Positions 30,347 through 40,061 are shown, numbered from the whole stretch's first letter. The stretch is DNA of 63,465 nucleotides, filler included, from 4 parts of 4 records of this genome joined end to end with filler, not necessarily neighbours in it, one strand, 5' to 3'. Program-made: numbers and translations. Notes: generated by a model from the sequence alone, not told the origin.

Positions 30347-31759
30347 TCAAAACAAGGGTCCAATAAACTTGGCCGTTGCATCCGTTATTTCTTCTCCATT
30401 TCCGAGAACTTTCACTTTAATAATCGCTTTTCCGTTCTTTAGTTCTTCTAGCGGTAATTTTACGATGAATCGCTCTTTCAAAAATTTCTCTTTTGGCAAA
30501 ATGAGAGAATCCACAACCATCTCAATTTTGCCTTTGGAATTATCCATTTCCAAGGAAATTCGATAGTTCTTTTTCGTTTTATTCGTTAAATCGATTTCGA
30601 AGATATTGGTCACCATTCCTGCTTCATTCATTTGATAGGTTGATCCGCGTTGCCTTAAAATAGTGGCATCAACGGCGCTTCTCGAAATCAACAGAATTAC
30701 TAGTGCTGCGGTAAGAAGAATCAACAATGCCGTATACGATTTCACACGATTTGTCCATTGAAAGCCGGTTCCGTTCTCAATTCCGTTTTCAGACACAAAG
30801 CGAATCAATCCTTTTTCTTGACCAACTCCATCCATTATAGTGTCGCACGCATCTATGCAAGCGGTGCAATTCACACATTCGAGTTGCGTTCCGTTACGAA
30901 TGTCAATTCCGGTTGGACAAACGTTCACACACTGGTAACAGTCGATACAATCTCCTTTCCCTTCCGTTTTCCTATCCTCTGTTTTCTTAAATTTCGCTCT
31001 CTCTTCTCCACGTTTATGATCGTAAGCAACAACCATTGAATCTTTATCTAACAGCACGCCTTGAAGTCTCCCGTAAGGACAAATTGTTGTACATACTTGC
31101 TCCCTCAATCGAGCAAAAACGAAGTAAAAAATAGTTGTAAAAATGACAATGGCAATCAATCCACCAACGTGTTCTCCGATTGGATCTGTTTGGATTTTCC
31201 AGAGTTCATCAGCTCCAATAATGTATGCTAGAAATGTATTCGCGATTAAAAACGAGATCACCCAAAAAATACTGTGTTTCGCAAGTCGCTTGAGTATTTT
31301 TGCCTTTGTCCACGGCGCATCACTCAGCTTCTTTTGATGTGTCCAATCTCCTTCGATCCAATATTCTATTCGTCGAAAGACCATCTCCATAAAGATCGTT
31401 TGTGGACAAATCCATCCGCAGAACAACCTTCCGTATACAATGGTGAAAAGAATTACGATGACTACTCCAATAATCATGGCAATCGCGAATAAATACAAAT
31501 CTTGAGGCCAGAATACTTTCCAAAAGATGACGAATTTTCGTTCAAGGATATTAAAAAGGAAGAGAGGTTCCCCGCTAATTTTAATGTGCGGGGCACCGAA
31601 TAGCAGAATCAGTAAAACGTAGCTGACGTATTTTCTGTACTTATAGAAACGTCCATTTGGTTTTTTGGGGTATACCCAGATTCGACCGCCATCTTCCCCT
31701 ACTGTCGCTATTCGGTCACGAAACGCTTCCTCTTCCTCTATTTCATCGAAATTATCCAT
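30347..31759 (-). CDS. ccoG: cbb3 oxidase accessory 4Fe-4S protein
   Basis: GRLFCGWICPQT, CPYGRLQ, CIDCYQCVNVCPTGIDIRNG, ECVNCTACIDAC. Confidence 0.95.
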   Translation of the reverse strand: MDNFDEIEEEEAFRDRIATVGEDGGRIWVYPKKPNGRFYKYRKYVSYVLLILLFGAPHIKISGEPLFLFNILERKFVIFWKVFWPQDLYLFAIAMIIGVVIVILFTIVYGRLFCGWICPQTIFMEMVFRRIEYWIEGDWTHQKKLSDAPWTKAKILKRLAKHSIFWVISFLIANTFLAYIIGADELWKIQTDPIGEHVGGLIAIVIFTTIFYFVFARLREQVCTTICPYGRLQGVLLDKDSMVVAYDHKRGEERAKFKKTEDRKTEGKGDCIDCYQCVNVCPTGIDIRNGTQLECVNCTACIDACDTIMDGVGQEKGLIRFVSENGIENGTGFQWTNRVKSYTALLILLTAALVILLISRSAVDATILRQRGSTYQMNEAGMVTNIFEIDLTNKTKKNYRISLEMDNSKGKIEMVVDSLILPKEKFLKERFIVKLPLEELKNGKAIIKVKVLGNGEEITDATAKFIGPLF

Positions 31760-31763
31760 TCTT

Positions 31764-33179
31764 TTATTCCTCTACAATGTCACCTTCCGCAGGTTTTCCA
31801 CTCACTGGTTTTAAGCTTAATACATAAGATGCCACTTGCTGAATTTGAATCGGGTTGAGTTTTGATGCGTGTTCGGGCATTCCGTTCGCAGCACCGTCTC
31901 TGATCGTTTTAAAGACTCTTCCGATTTCAAAGCCATAAATCCAACTCTTATCCGTAAGATTTGGACCTATTTCTCCACCTCCTACGGGACCGTGACATGT
32001 CACACAATTCACTTCGAAGAGCGTTTTCCCTTTGCCCAAATCGGCTGCGTCCGTCATCAACGTCGCTGTATTTTCATCCACATTCATTGCCATTTTGCTC
32101 AAGTATTCCTGAACTTCAATTTCAGACTGCTTCATGTCTTTTTTATACTCTTCAATCTGTAAGTCAGCTGTTCCAAGAATGTGATAATTAAACATGTAGA
32201 TCACAGAAAACACAATCGTCGCATAGAATCCCCAAACCCACCAAGGCGGAAGGTTATTATCCAGTTCACGAATCCCGTCGTATTCGTGGTGCATCAAGAT
32301 AGCTTCCTCCTCTTCTATTGGAACGGAATTCGTGAGAACGGCATTTACCTTCTTAAAAACGGGTGCTACATCTATTTTTTCCTCTTTCTCAGGATTCACC
32401 ATGCGAGCGAATTCTTTGAACATTCTGCGCAAATACATCACAACGCCGAGCAAAACAACATCGATGATGATGAACACGATCAAATCTCTGTTTTCCACCA
32501 ATAGCCATGGCATTCCTTCTTCTGCCTGACCAGGTTGCATGAATTCCAATGCATGAGATGGCGTAGCTACCAATCCAACAAAAACAATAATTGCGATCAA
32601 TGTTTTTAATCCACCGTTTCCATTTTTATCATCATCCAGACTTTTCATTCTGTCTTTAAAATAGTCAGAACGAATGAGCGTCTTTATGGAAGTTGACATG
32701 ATGAAAATTGCGATAAACAGTAAAATTGTCAGTGCAATCAAAAAGTAAAACTGCTGAAGATTGCTCTTGTAATTTGGTACGATGATCACTTCTACTTCAC
32801 CTGGAGTTGGAGGTAAAGGACTTTCTACTTTTACATAGCTATCCACATAGTCTAAAATCGCATCTACCTCAACATTGGTGACCACTTGGGGAGACATTTT
32901 GCTTATACTAAATCCTTCAATTGCAGCCGCAAGCTGGCTTTTTCCTGACATGATCAACTCATTAGAGTTTTTCACCCACGCATACAAGTTCTCTTGTTCC
33001 CCGCCATCAATCCACTTTTGCTTAACACCTTTCAAATTTGGACCAATGCTGTTTTTCTCAAGGATATGACATGTGTTACATTTTGATTTAAATAACCCTT
33101 CTCCATCCTGAGTGAATGCTTTAGGAACAATCGCAAAACTCACGCAAGCAATAATAATTAGTTGAATGTACTTCTTCAT
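31764..33179 (-). CDS. ccoP: cbb3 oxidase subunit III with an extra N-terminal cytochrome c domain
   Basis: HEYDGIRELDNNLPPWW and CVTCH, plus an N-terminal signal peptide and CNTCH. Confidence 0.9.
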   Translation of the reverse strand: MKKYIQLIIIACVSFAIVPKAFTQDGEGLFKSKCNTCHILEKNSIGPNLKGVKQKWIDGGEQENLYAWVKNSNELIMSGKSQLAAAIEGFSISKMSPQVVTNVEVDAILDYVDSYVKVESPLPPTPGEVEVIIVPNYKSNLQQFYFLIALTILLFIAIFIMSTSIKTLIRSDYFKDRMKSLDDDKNGNGGLKTLIAIIVFVGLVATPSHALEFMQPGQAEEGMPWLLVENRDLIVFIIIDVVLLGVVMYLRRMFKEFARMVNPEKEEKIDVAPVFKKVNAVLTNSVPIEEEEAILMHHEYDGIRELDNNLPPWWVWGFYATIVFSVIYMFNYHILGTADLQIEEYKKDMKQSEIEVQEYLSKMAMNVDENTATLMTDAADLGKGKTLFEVNCVTCHGPVGGGEIGPNLTDKSWIYGFEIGRVFKTIRDGAANGMPEHASKLNPIQIQQVASYVLSLKPVSGKPAEGDIVEE

Positions 33180-33189
33180 GATTGTTCGA

Positions 33190-33387
33190 TTAATCGTTGA
33201 GTAATCCATTTATTTCGTCATCCTCCTCCAAAGGAATCGCACCGAGTTCGTTAATGTCTGTTTTCTTCATTCTGATCACATAAGTAATCACCAATGCAAA
33301 GAAGATTACGAAGACGAGTAGTGAAAAAATCGGATAGATTTCCACGCCATCTATTCCTGTTAAATTGTGTTTGATAAATCGTAACAT
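33190..33387 (-). CDS. ccoQ: cbb3 oxidase small subunit
   Basis: 65 aa, one TM, IPLE, located between ccoNO and ccoP. Confidence 0.8.
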   Translation of the reverse strand: MLRFIKHNLTGIDGVEIYPIFSLLVFVIFFALVITYVIRMKKTDINELGAIPLEEDDEINGLLND

Positions 33388-33389
33388 AC

Positions 33390-35585
33390 TTAGTTTTTAA
33401 AGTTCACCGTACTGTCTGCCTTACTTGCATCAACGTCCGCTTTGATGTCGGTTCCAATTCGTTGGAGATAGGCGATAATCGCTACCATTTCTTTGGATTT
33501 CAATTCCTTAATCTTCGCTTCTACGTTCATTGATTTTCGCACCGCTTCGGGGTAATTCATTACAATGTCCGTTGCAATTTTCAAGGCCTGGGCTTCCAAT
33601 TGTTTCAGTGCTGTTTTCTCATCTTCATCCGAGTATGGAACCCCCAATGTTCGCATCGCCTGTACTTTTTTCACTGTTAATGAAAGATCTAGCTCATTTT
33701 CTCCAAACCAAGTGTATGCTGGCATTACAGACCCGGCAGAAACATCTTTTGGTCGAAGGAAGTGCTCGTAGTGCCAATAGTTACTTCGCAATCCACCTTC
33801 TCGTGCCAAGTCTGGCCCTGTTCGTTTGGAACCCCATTGGAATGGATGATCGTAGACAAACTCACCCGATTTGGAATACTCGCCATAACGTGCGGTCTCA
33901 AATCTTAGCGGTCTAACCATTTGGGAGTGACAATTGTAACAACCTTCTCTGATGTACAAATCACGACCTTCCAATTCTAGTGGTGTATATGGTTTCACCT
34001 GAGAAATCGTTGGAACATTACTATCGACAATCATGGTTGGAATAATCTCTACAAGTCCACCAATTGCGACCACAATCAAACTAAAAATCATAAATCGAAC
34101 TGGACGCTTTTCAATCGCCCTGTGCCAGTATTCTTTTCCTGCTGTTTTCGCATTTCTTGTCACCATTGCTTCCGCTGGCTCATCTGCAAGAAGGTTTCCA
34201 GATTTAGCTGTTTTCACAAGGTTGTAGAACATCATCACTGCTCCAACGATGAATAACAATCCACCTAAAGAACGCAAGATGTAATATGGACGAAGATCAA
34301 TTACTGTTTTAATAAAATCGTATTTCAACGTTCCATCTGGGTTAAATTCTTGCCAGTTCAATCCTTGCATGAATCCTGCGATGTACATCGGAATCGCATA
34401 AAGCATAATTCCAACCGTTGCAATCCAGAAGTGTTGATTCGCTAGCTTTTTAGAGTATAACTTCGTTCTGAAAATCCGAGGGAACAGCCAATAAAGCATC
34501 CCGAAAGTCATCATTCCGTTCCAACCTAATCCTCCAACATGAACGTGTGCAATTGTCCAGTCGGTAAAGTGGGAAAGCATATTCACATTTTTAAGTGAAA
34601 GAAGCGGTCCTTCAAAGGTTACCATTCCGTAGCATGTAAGCGCGACAACCATGAATTTCAACATTACGTCGTCTCGAACTCGATCCCATGCTCCACGTAA
34701 TGTTAACAAGCCGTTTAACATTCCACCCCAAGATGGCGCGATGAGCATTACAGAGAAAACAACTCCTAAACTTTGTGCCCAATCGGGTAGCGAAGTATAT
34801 AGTAAATGGTGAGGTCCAGCCCAGATGTACAAGAAGATCAATGCCCAAAAGTGGATAATTGATAATCTATAGGAGTAAACTGGACGATTTGCTGCTTTTG
34901 GAACGAAGTAATACATCAATCCCAAATAAGGCGTTGTCAGGAAAAAGGCGACCGCGTTGTGTCCGTACCACCATTGAACTAAAGCGTCTTGAACTCCAGC
35001 GTACCATGAATAACTCTTCATGAAAGAAACGGGTAATTCGAACGAATTAAAGATGTGGAGCATTGCTACGGTTACAAATGTTGCGATGTAGAACCAAATG
35101 GCTACGTACAAGTGTTTCACACGTCTTTTAAGAATGGTTGCAAACATGTTCCATCCCCAAACTACCCACATTATCGCGATCAAAATGTCAATCCACCATT
35201 CAAGTTCGGCGTATTCTTTTCCAGTTGTATATCCCAACGGGAGAGTTATAACCGCGCAAACGATGATCAACTGCCATCCCCAAAAATTTATGTAACTGAG
35301 TTTATCACTCCACATTCGTGTTTTGAGTAATCGTTGTAACGAGTAATACACTCCCATGAATATCCCGTTTCCAACAAAGGCAAAAATCACCGCATTAGTA
35401 TGCAGCGGTCTAAGTCTCCCGAAGGACAAAAAACTGAATCCTAGATAATCGTTAAAGAATTGCGGAAATGCCAATTGTAAGGCAACAATCAACCCTACTG
35501 TCATTCCTGTCACCCCCCAGATCATGGTGGCATAAGCGAAATACTTGACAATCTTATTGTCGTAACTAAACTTCTCTACTTCCAT
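33390..35585 (-). CDS. ccoN: cbb3 cytochrome c oxidase fused subunits I/II (CcoN-CcoO)
   Basis: RPLHTN, WWYGHN, GPHH, AHVH; EGCYNCHSQ and WGSKRTGPDL. Confidence 0.96.
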   Translation of the reverse strand: MEVEKFSYDNKIVKYFAYATMIWGVTGMTVGLIVALQLAFPQFFNDYLGFSFLSFGRLRPLHTNAVIFAFVGNGIFMGVYYSLQRLLKTRMWSDKLSYINFWGWQLIIVCAVITLPLGYTTGKEYAELEWWIDILIAIMWVVWGWNMFATILKRRVKHLYVAIWFYIATFVTVAMLHIFNSFELPVSFMKSYSWYAGVQDALVQWWYGHNAVAFFLTTPYLGLMYYFVPKAANRPVYSYRLSIIHFWALIFLYIWAGPHHLLYTSLPDWAQSLGVVFSVMLIAPSWGGMLNGLLTLRGAWDRVRDDVMLKFMVVALTCYGMVTFEGPLLSLKNVNMLSHFTDWTIAHVHVGGLGWNGMMTFGMLYWLFPRIFRTKLYSKKLANQHFWIATVGIMLYAIPMYIAGFMQGLNWQEFNPDGTLKYDFIKTVIDLRPYYILRSLGGLLFIVGAVMMFYNLVKTAKSGNLLADEPAEAMVTRNAKTAGKEYWHRAIEKRPVRFMIFSLIVVAIGGLVEIIPTMIVDSNVPTISQVKPYTPLELEGRDLYIREGCYNCHSQMVRPLRFETARYGEYSKSGEFVYDHPFQWGSKRTGPDLAREGGLRSNYWHYEHFLRPKDVSAGSVMPAYTWFGENELDLSLTVKKVQAMRTLGVPYSDEDEKTALKQLEAQALKIATDIVMNYPEAVRKSMNVEAKIKELKSKEMVAIIAYLQRIGTDIKADVDASKADSTVNFKN

Positions 35586-35751
35586 TTTCTTTATTGGTTT
35601 GCTCTGTTTTTACTTCGTTATCAAATAAAATTCTGACTGATGGTCCAAAATCATCTTCGTACTGCCCAGTCTTTGTTGACCAGAGAAAAGCACCCAAAAA
35701 AAAGAGTGCAATTACCAGGCTTACGATTAGCATTAAATAGATTATTCCCAT
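35566..35751 (-). CDS. ccoS: cbb3 maturation protein
   Basis: TM followed by GQYEDD..PSVRILFD. Confidence 0.88.
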   Translation of the reverse strand: MGIIYLMLIVSLVIALFFLGAFLWSTKTGQYEDDFGPSVRILFDNEVKTEQTNKENGSREV

Positions 35752-35808
35752 AGAACAAATCAACGGAGAATTGAGAAGGAAAAGAATGACGTGGATAGGG
35801 TTAAAACC

Positions 35809-35820
35809 TGATTTAAATCA
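35809..35820. promoter_or_regulatory. Crp/Fnr-like box upstream of the cco operon
   Basis: Perfect palindrome TGATTTAAATCA (TGAT-N4-ATCA) 57 bp upstream of ccoS. Confidence 0.6.
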
Positions 35821-35869
35821 TGTTTTTGAAGTTTGAATTTTTAGCACTAAAGCTCAAACCGATAAAACG

Positions 35870-35902
35870 AAAAAAATCCAATGAACTTCTGTCCATTGGA
35901 TT
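35870..35902 (-). terminator. Intrinsic terminator
   Basis: AATCCAATG/CATTGGATT stem followed by a T-run on the minus strand. Confidence 0.7.
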
Positions 35903-35933
35903 CATCATTTTACATAAAATAGGGTTTGGTAAT

Positions 35934-37289
35934 TTAAGGAGTTTTGGATTTCAAATGCGTCATCACAACTCTGAAGCCTATATTCGGATTTGCCTCCACA
36001 AATGCCTTTTTCGGAGCATCAATTTTCAAATCTTCCAGAGAATCCATCCATCCTCCGCCGCATTGAACTAGCGCATCCGAGCGAACGTTTAACCCTTTCT
36101 CATCCCATTTGCTATCGTAAGCCAATTCGGCTACATTTCCAGAAATATTATACAATCCGAGTTCATTCGGGTTATAGGTTCCCACTTTTGCCGTGAAGGT
36201 CGCCCCATCTTGACCTAACATGAACGATCCATTCTTTGGGAAATCATTGTGCGCATCAAAATTGGCTAAAAAGCAACCCGATTCGTTTTTAATCTCAGCA
36301 CTACCCCATGGATACGGAAGTGCTTTGCCTTCTACAGATGCCGCAAAAACCCACTCATCCTTTACCGGAATTCGCACATCGTTAAATTCATTCCCATAGA
36401 CTTTTACTAATTCTAAAGTGAGCCATTTACAGTAAAGTTCTGCTCCTTCTTTGGTGATATTTACCACTGGATAATTATCGAAAGCTGGATGAGAAAAGTA
36501 GTTTTTCTCCATCGAAGTTGTGCTATCGTTGAGCGTTGTCGTCCATTTTTCCTGTTCAGGACGAGCAATGTCGAAATCAGATTTACGGTTCTGAATAATT
36601 AAATCGAACATGAACGTTCTATATTCTAGATTTGTTACTTCGTTTACTCCCATGTAGAACGCCTGAACACTAGTTACTTGACTTCCTATTTTCATTGTGC
36701 CTGAAGGAACATACACGTAAGACTTCTTGTCAAACTTAGCGAGTGATTTAAGCATTTTTTTCTTCTGCTTATGATTTGCCTTGATCTCGTCTGGAGTTAA
36801 CTTTGGGTAATATTTTTGATCTGTTAATTGAAAAGGCGGTTTCGGTAGTTTTCTCACTCCTCGATCAATTTCCATAATATCAAATTTAGAAACGTAGATC
36901 GTGCTTATTTCCTTAACACTGAGTGACGGAATTGAGAATCCCTTTTTTGAATTTCGCACTTTGGGAACTTTAACTGACGTTTTTTTAATTGTTTCATGAT
37001 TCTCCGTTTCCTCCACAATAGTTGTTGAAGCATCCACATTCGGAGTTTCTTTCTCACTAGCGGTTTTGTTCGACGGAAGGCTGAAAAAAATACTGGCTGA
37101 AATCGTAATGATTGTTGAATACATAATGATGAATTTTTTAGTGAAAAACTGCGTTTTTTTAACCGTGTTAGTGTTGGAAGCACTACTGGCACTTTCTTTG
37201 AAACGACCAATTGCATCCTCACTCGAAACCACTGGATTCGATTCTTTTGCTTTTTTAAAGAGCTCTTCTAAGCTGAAATCTTTTTTCAT
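35934..37289 (-). CDS. Membrane-anchored SUMF1/FGE-sulfatase-domain protein, putative anti-sigma factor
   Basis: Single TM near the N-terminus, EVTN.EY, YPVVNI, EWVFAA, GLYNISGNVAE, GFRVV; ATGA overlap with the sigma gene. Confidence 0.78.
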   Translation of the reverse strand: MKKDFSLEELFKKAKESNPVVSSEDAIGRFKESASSASNTNTVKKTQFFTKKFIIMYSTIITISASIFFSLPSNKTASEKETPNVDASTTIVEETENHETIKKTSVKVPKVRNSKKGFSIPSLSVKEISTIYVSKFDIMEIDRGVRKLPKPPFQLTDQKYYPKLTPDEIKANHKQKKKMLKSLAKFDKKSYVYVPSGTMKIGSQVTSVQAFYMGVNEVTNLEYRTFMFDLIIQNRKSDFDIARPEQEKWTTTLNDSTTSMEKNYFSHPAFDNYPVVNITKEGAELYCKWLTLELVKVYGNEFNDVRIPVKDEWVFAASVEGKALPYPWGSAEIKNESGCFLANFDAHNDFPKNGSFMLGQDGATFTAKVGTYNPNELGLYNISGNVAELAYDSKWDEKGLNVRSDALVQCGGGWMDSLEDLKIDAPKKAFVEANPNIGFRVVMTHLKSKTP

Positions 37290-37801
37290 GACGCCTTAAT
37301 TTCAAATTCTGATTGACGCGTTAATACTTCCTTTAGCTTCTCTCTTCCTCGCTTTAGTCTTAATTTGACTGCAGATTCGGACGCTTCTTGCATTACAGAG
37401 ATCTCCTTTATTGAAAAACCGGATATTTCAAACAAAATAATAGCTTCTCGTTGATCGTCTGACAGCAGTTTTAGCGCAGAGTATAAATAATGAACATCGG
37501 TAGAAATATCAGGTGGAATAGACTGGTCCATTATCGATTCCCACTGACTTTCGTGGATTTCAGAGATGCGATTTCTACGGTGATTCTTCGCTAAGATTCT
37601 AATCGCAACGCTGAACAGAAAAGAAAGAAAGGCTTGTTTGTTTCGAATTGTGTCAAATTTATCGAACGCTGCAAGTAAGGTTTCGTTGATCAAATCACCA
37701 TGTTCCATATCGCCATATACGCGCGCTCTGCAGAACCGCTCGAATGATTTGTGGACGGGCTCATATAATGCAATAAACTCTTCTTGTTTTGTTTCGCTCA
37801 T
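37286..37801 (-). CDS. ECF RNA polymerase sigma factor
   Basis: 171 aa; DLINET (region 2), REAIILFEISGFSIKEIS...VKLRLKRGR (region 4). Confidence 0.9.
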   Translation of the reverse strand: MSETKQEEFIALYEPVHKSFERFCRARVYGDMEHGDLINETLLAAFDKFDTIRNKQAFLSFLFSVAIRILAKNHRRNRISEIHESQWESIMDQSIPPDISTDVHYLYSALKLLSDDQREAIILFEISGFSIKEISVMQEASESAVKLRLKRGREKLKEVLTRQSEFEIKAS

Positions 37802-37911
37802 TCTTTTCTCTGCTTCCGATAAGTATGTACCTTAACTCATCAAAAAGTTACATCTCTCTGAATTTAGTGATAATAAAAACGATGGTGATTGATGTTTATT
37901 TGTTTGATAGT

Positions 37912-37943
37912 CCTCACCCACCTAACCTCCCTCAAGGGAGGAA
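37912..37943. repeat. REP-like palindromic element at the contig end
   Basis: CCTCACCCACCTAA followed by hairpin CCTCCC-TCAA-GGGAGG; the assembly breaks here. Confidence 0.5.
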
Positions 37944-38043
37944 NNNNNNNNNNNNNNNNNNNNNNNNNNNNNNNNNNNNNNNNNNNNTTAATTAATTAAN
38001 NNNNNNNNNNNNNNNNNNNNNNNNNNNNNNNNNNNNNNNNNNN
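37944..38043. other. Artificial contig linker
   Basis: 44 N + TTAATTAATTAA + 44 N. Confidence 0.98.
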
Positions 38044-38044
38044 G

Positions 38045-38086
38045 TGGTCCCACCTGGGCTCGAACCAGGGACCCCCTGATTATGAG
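38045..38086 (-). tRNA. 3' half of a tRNA with CAT anticodon (probably Ile2); att-site duplicate, not a full gene
   Basis: Minus strand CTCATAATCAGGGGGTCCCTGGTTCGAGCCCAGGTGGGACCA gives anticodon loop, T-arm and acceptor; no D-arm or 5' acceptor strand upstream. Confidence 0.85.
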
Positions 38087-38201
38087 CAGCTTTTTTTAGC
38101 TATCATAAATTTTCATTTGGTTTCTTATGTATTGATTATCAATATTTTATGAATTTTTTCTTTTCATTTAGATGCATCAATACTACCTTTAAATGACCAT
38201 T

Positions 38202-38221
38202 TGTTGTACCTATGTTGTACC
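38202..38221. repeat. Direct repeat, putative integrase arm-binding sites
   Basis: TGTTGTACC at 38202 and 38213, between att and the integrase start. Confidence 0.6.
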
Positions 38222-38237
38222 CAAAATACCGCTGAAA

Positions 38238-39449
38238 ATGATCAATGTACGCACGGTTTTAAGAAAAAAACAGCTTTCCGATGGAACTTATCCGGTATGC
38301 CTTCGTGTGACCAAAGACAGGCGATCAAAATACTTCAAGACCATCTACAATGTATCTCCCAAAGAATGGGATGAACGTACCGGTTCTTTCAATAAGAACC
38401 ACAGCAATTTTATTCAGGACAATCGGTTATTGTTGAAGTTTCGGGACAGGGCTTTAAAAGTGATCGCAGAGTTGGAAATGGAGAAAGATGATTTCTCTTT
38501 GAGGGAATTTGAACATAATTTTAGGCTGGCATTCAATCCAGTCAGAAGAAACGTTTTTGACTTTTGGGATGAAATAGTGGAGGAGTTGAAACTAGCTGGC
38601 AGAATGGGCAATGCCCGTTTCCACAACGATACCAGTAAATCTGTCCTTAGATACTTAAAGTTTGACAAAGACCTTTCTTTTACTGACATTACCCCAGCCT
38701 TTCTTGAAAAATATGAGGCCTATCTGCGTTCACGTGGTGGCACAGATGGCGGTATTGGCGTGAGGATGCGCTCCATAAGGGCGTTGTACAACCACGCCAT
38801 CAGAAGGAACATTGTAAAGGAGTCCCTTTATCCCTTTCGTGCATACAAAGTATCTAGATTGAAAGGAAGGGGAGCCAAAAGGGCCCTTACCTTTGAAGAG
38901 GTAAAACAAATAATCAATGTTGACCTTTCTGAAAACCCAGAGCTTTTGAACAGCAAAAACTATTTTGTTTTTAGTTTTTACACCCGAGGAATGAACTTTG
39001 CCGATATGATGAAATTGAAATGGAAGGACATCAAAGGGGGCAATATATATTATACCCGCTCTAAGACCAAAGGGAACTTTACCATTAAAATCCTGCCTCC
39101 TGTTCAGGAAATACTGAATCATTATCGTCAAAATTCATTGGGCACGAAATATGTCTTTCCCATTTTGCTCCATGACGAGCTTACCCCAAACCAAATTGAA
39201 AACCGAAAGACCAAAGTGCTCAAAAACTATAACAAGGATTTAAAGGCTATCGCGGAATTGGCCGAAATTGAAAAATCTGTGACCAGTTATGTGGCACGTC
39301 ACAGTTTTGCCAATTGCCTTAAGCAAAAAGGTGTTGCAACAGATGTAATCAGCGAATCATTGGGCCATCAAAACATGGCCATTACCCAAGCCTATTTGAA
39401 AGAACTGGACACCTCTGTTGTTGATAAAGCCATAGAAGTTCTATTATAA
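38238..39449 (+). CDS. Tyrosine site-specific integrase (Bacteroidota type)
   Basis: DGTYPVCLRVT arm domain, RSKTK, YVARHS, LGH, TQAYL; start probably ATG 38238. Confidence 0.92.
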   Translation: MINVRTVLRKKQLSDGTYPVCLRVTKDRRSKYFKTIYNVSPKEWDERTGSFNKNHSNFIQDNRLLLKFRDRALKVIAELEMEKDDFSLREFEHNFRLAFNPVRRNVFDFWDEIVEELKLAGRMGNARFHNDTSKSVLRYLKFDKDLSFTDITPAFLEKYEAYLRSRGGTDGGIGVRMRSIRALYNHAIRRNIVKESLYPFRAYKVSRLKGRGAKRALTFEEVKQIINVDLSENPELLNSKNYFVFSFYTRGMNFADMMKLKWKDIKGGNIYYTRSKTKGNFTIKILPPVQEILNHYRQNSLGTKYVFPILLHDELTPNQIENRKTKVLKNYNKDLKAIAELAEIEKSVTSYVARHSFANCLKQKGVATDVISESLGHQNMAITQAYLKELDTSVVDKAIEVLL

Positions 39450-39563
39450 AGTATTTGCATATCCTGAATACTTTCCAAAGTTTTTTCGAGACAAAGGCAT
39501 GGGTGAAGGAATAACTATGGGGTATATCATTCTTTGGGTTCAGTTGGCCAGAGTACAAGGCAC

Positions 39564-40061
39564 TTAGTCAAATTCCATTAGAGTTCCTTTAAACCTGCCT
39601 TCGGTAATCCGCAAAAAATTTTCAATGCTCTTTTCTCCCTGGGCCTTTGGAAACAGATCGAATGCAAAGTTGCCGGTCACTGATCCATTAGTTTCATTAT
39701 AAGACTTCACTACAAAAGCGGCATTTTCAGGTTCTTGCAATGTGTATTGTGCCACGATGACATCCCCGCCGACTGTATCGTAATAGAATGTCTTTTCCTT
39801 TTCCAATGTATAGCTTCCCACACCTTTAAACTTTGCCTTTACCATCAACACTCCATTGTCCAGCCCTTTCCCAACGGCGAAGAAGACCAGTGTATCGTTC
39901 TCCATCAACTGAAGTTCAGTGCTGCCCTCCCAAAGGTTCTCATCCTTTTGGGCAACAAAGGTGTTCTCCCCCAAAGCAGGAACGGAATCGTCATCGGAAT
40001 TACATCCAATAGTGAACAGAACAAGCAAAATCAATAGATATTGAAATATTATACGTCTCAT
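39564..40061 (-). CDS. Hypothetical lipoprotein
   Basis: Lipobox TIGC-NSDDD; VTGNF.F and ITEGRF beta motifs. Confidence 0.75.
   Translation of the reverse strand: MRRIIFQYLLILLVLFTIGCNSDDDSVPALGENTFVAQKDENLWEGSTELQLMENDTLVFFAVGKGLDNGVLMVKAKFKGVGSYTLEKEKTFYYDTVGGDVIVAQYTLQEPENAAFVVKSYNETNGSVTGNFAFDLFPKAQGEKSIENFLRITEGRFKGTLMEFD

Noticed and set aside
33390-35585. ccoN-ccoO fusion as a novelty
   Set aside because: This is the usual arrangement in Bacteroidota.
38980-39070. Integrase inactive because box I reads GMNF rather than GxR
   Set aside because: Bacteroidota integrases such as IntDOT lack this Arg and use one further downstream; RSKT, RH, LGH and the catalytic Tyr are present.
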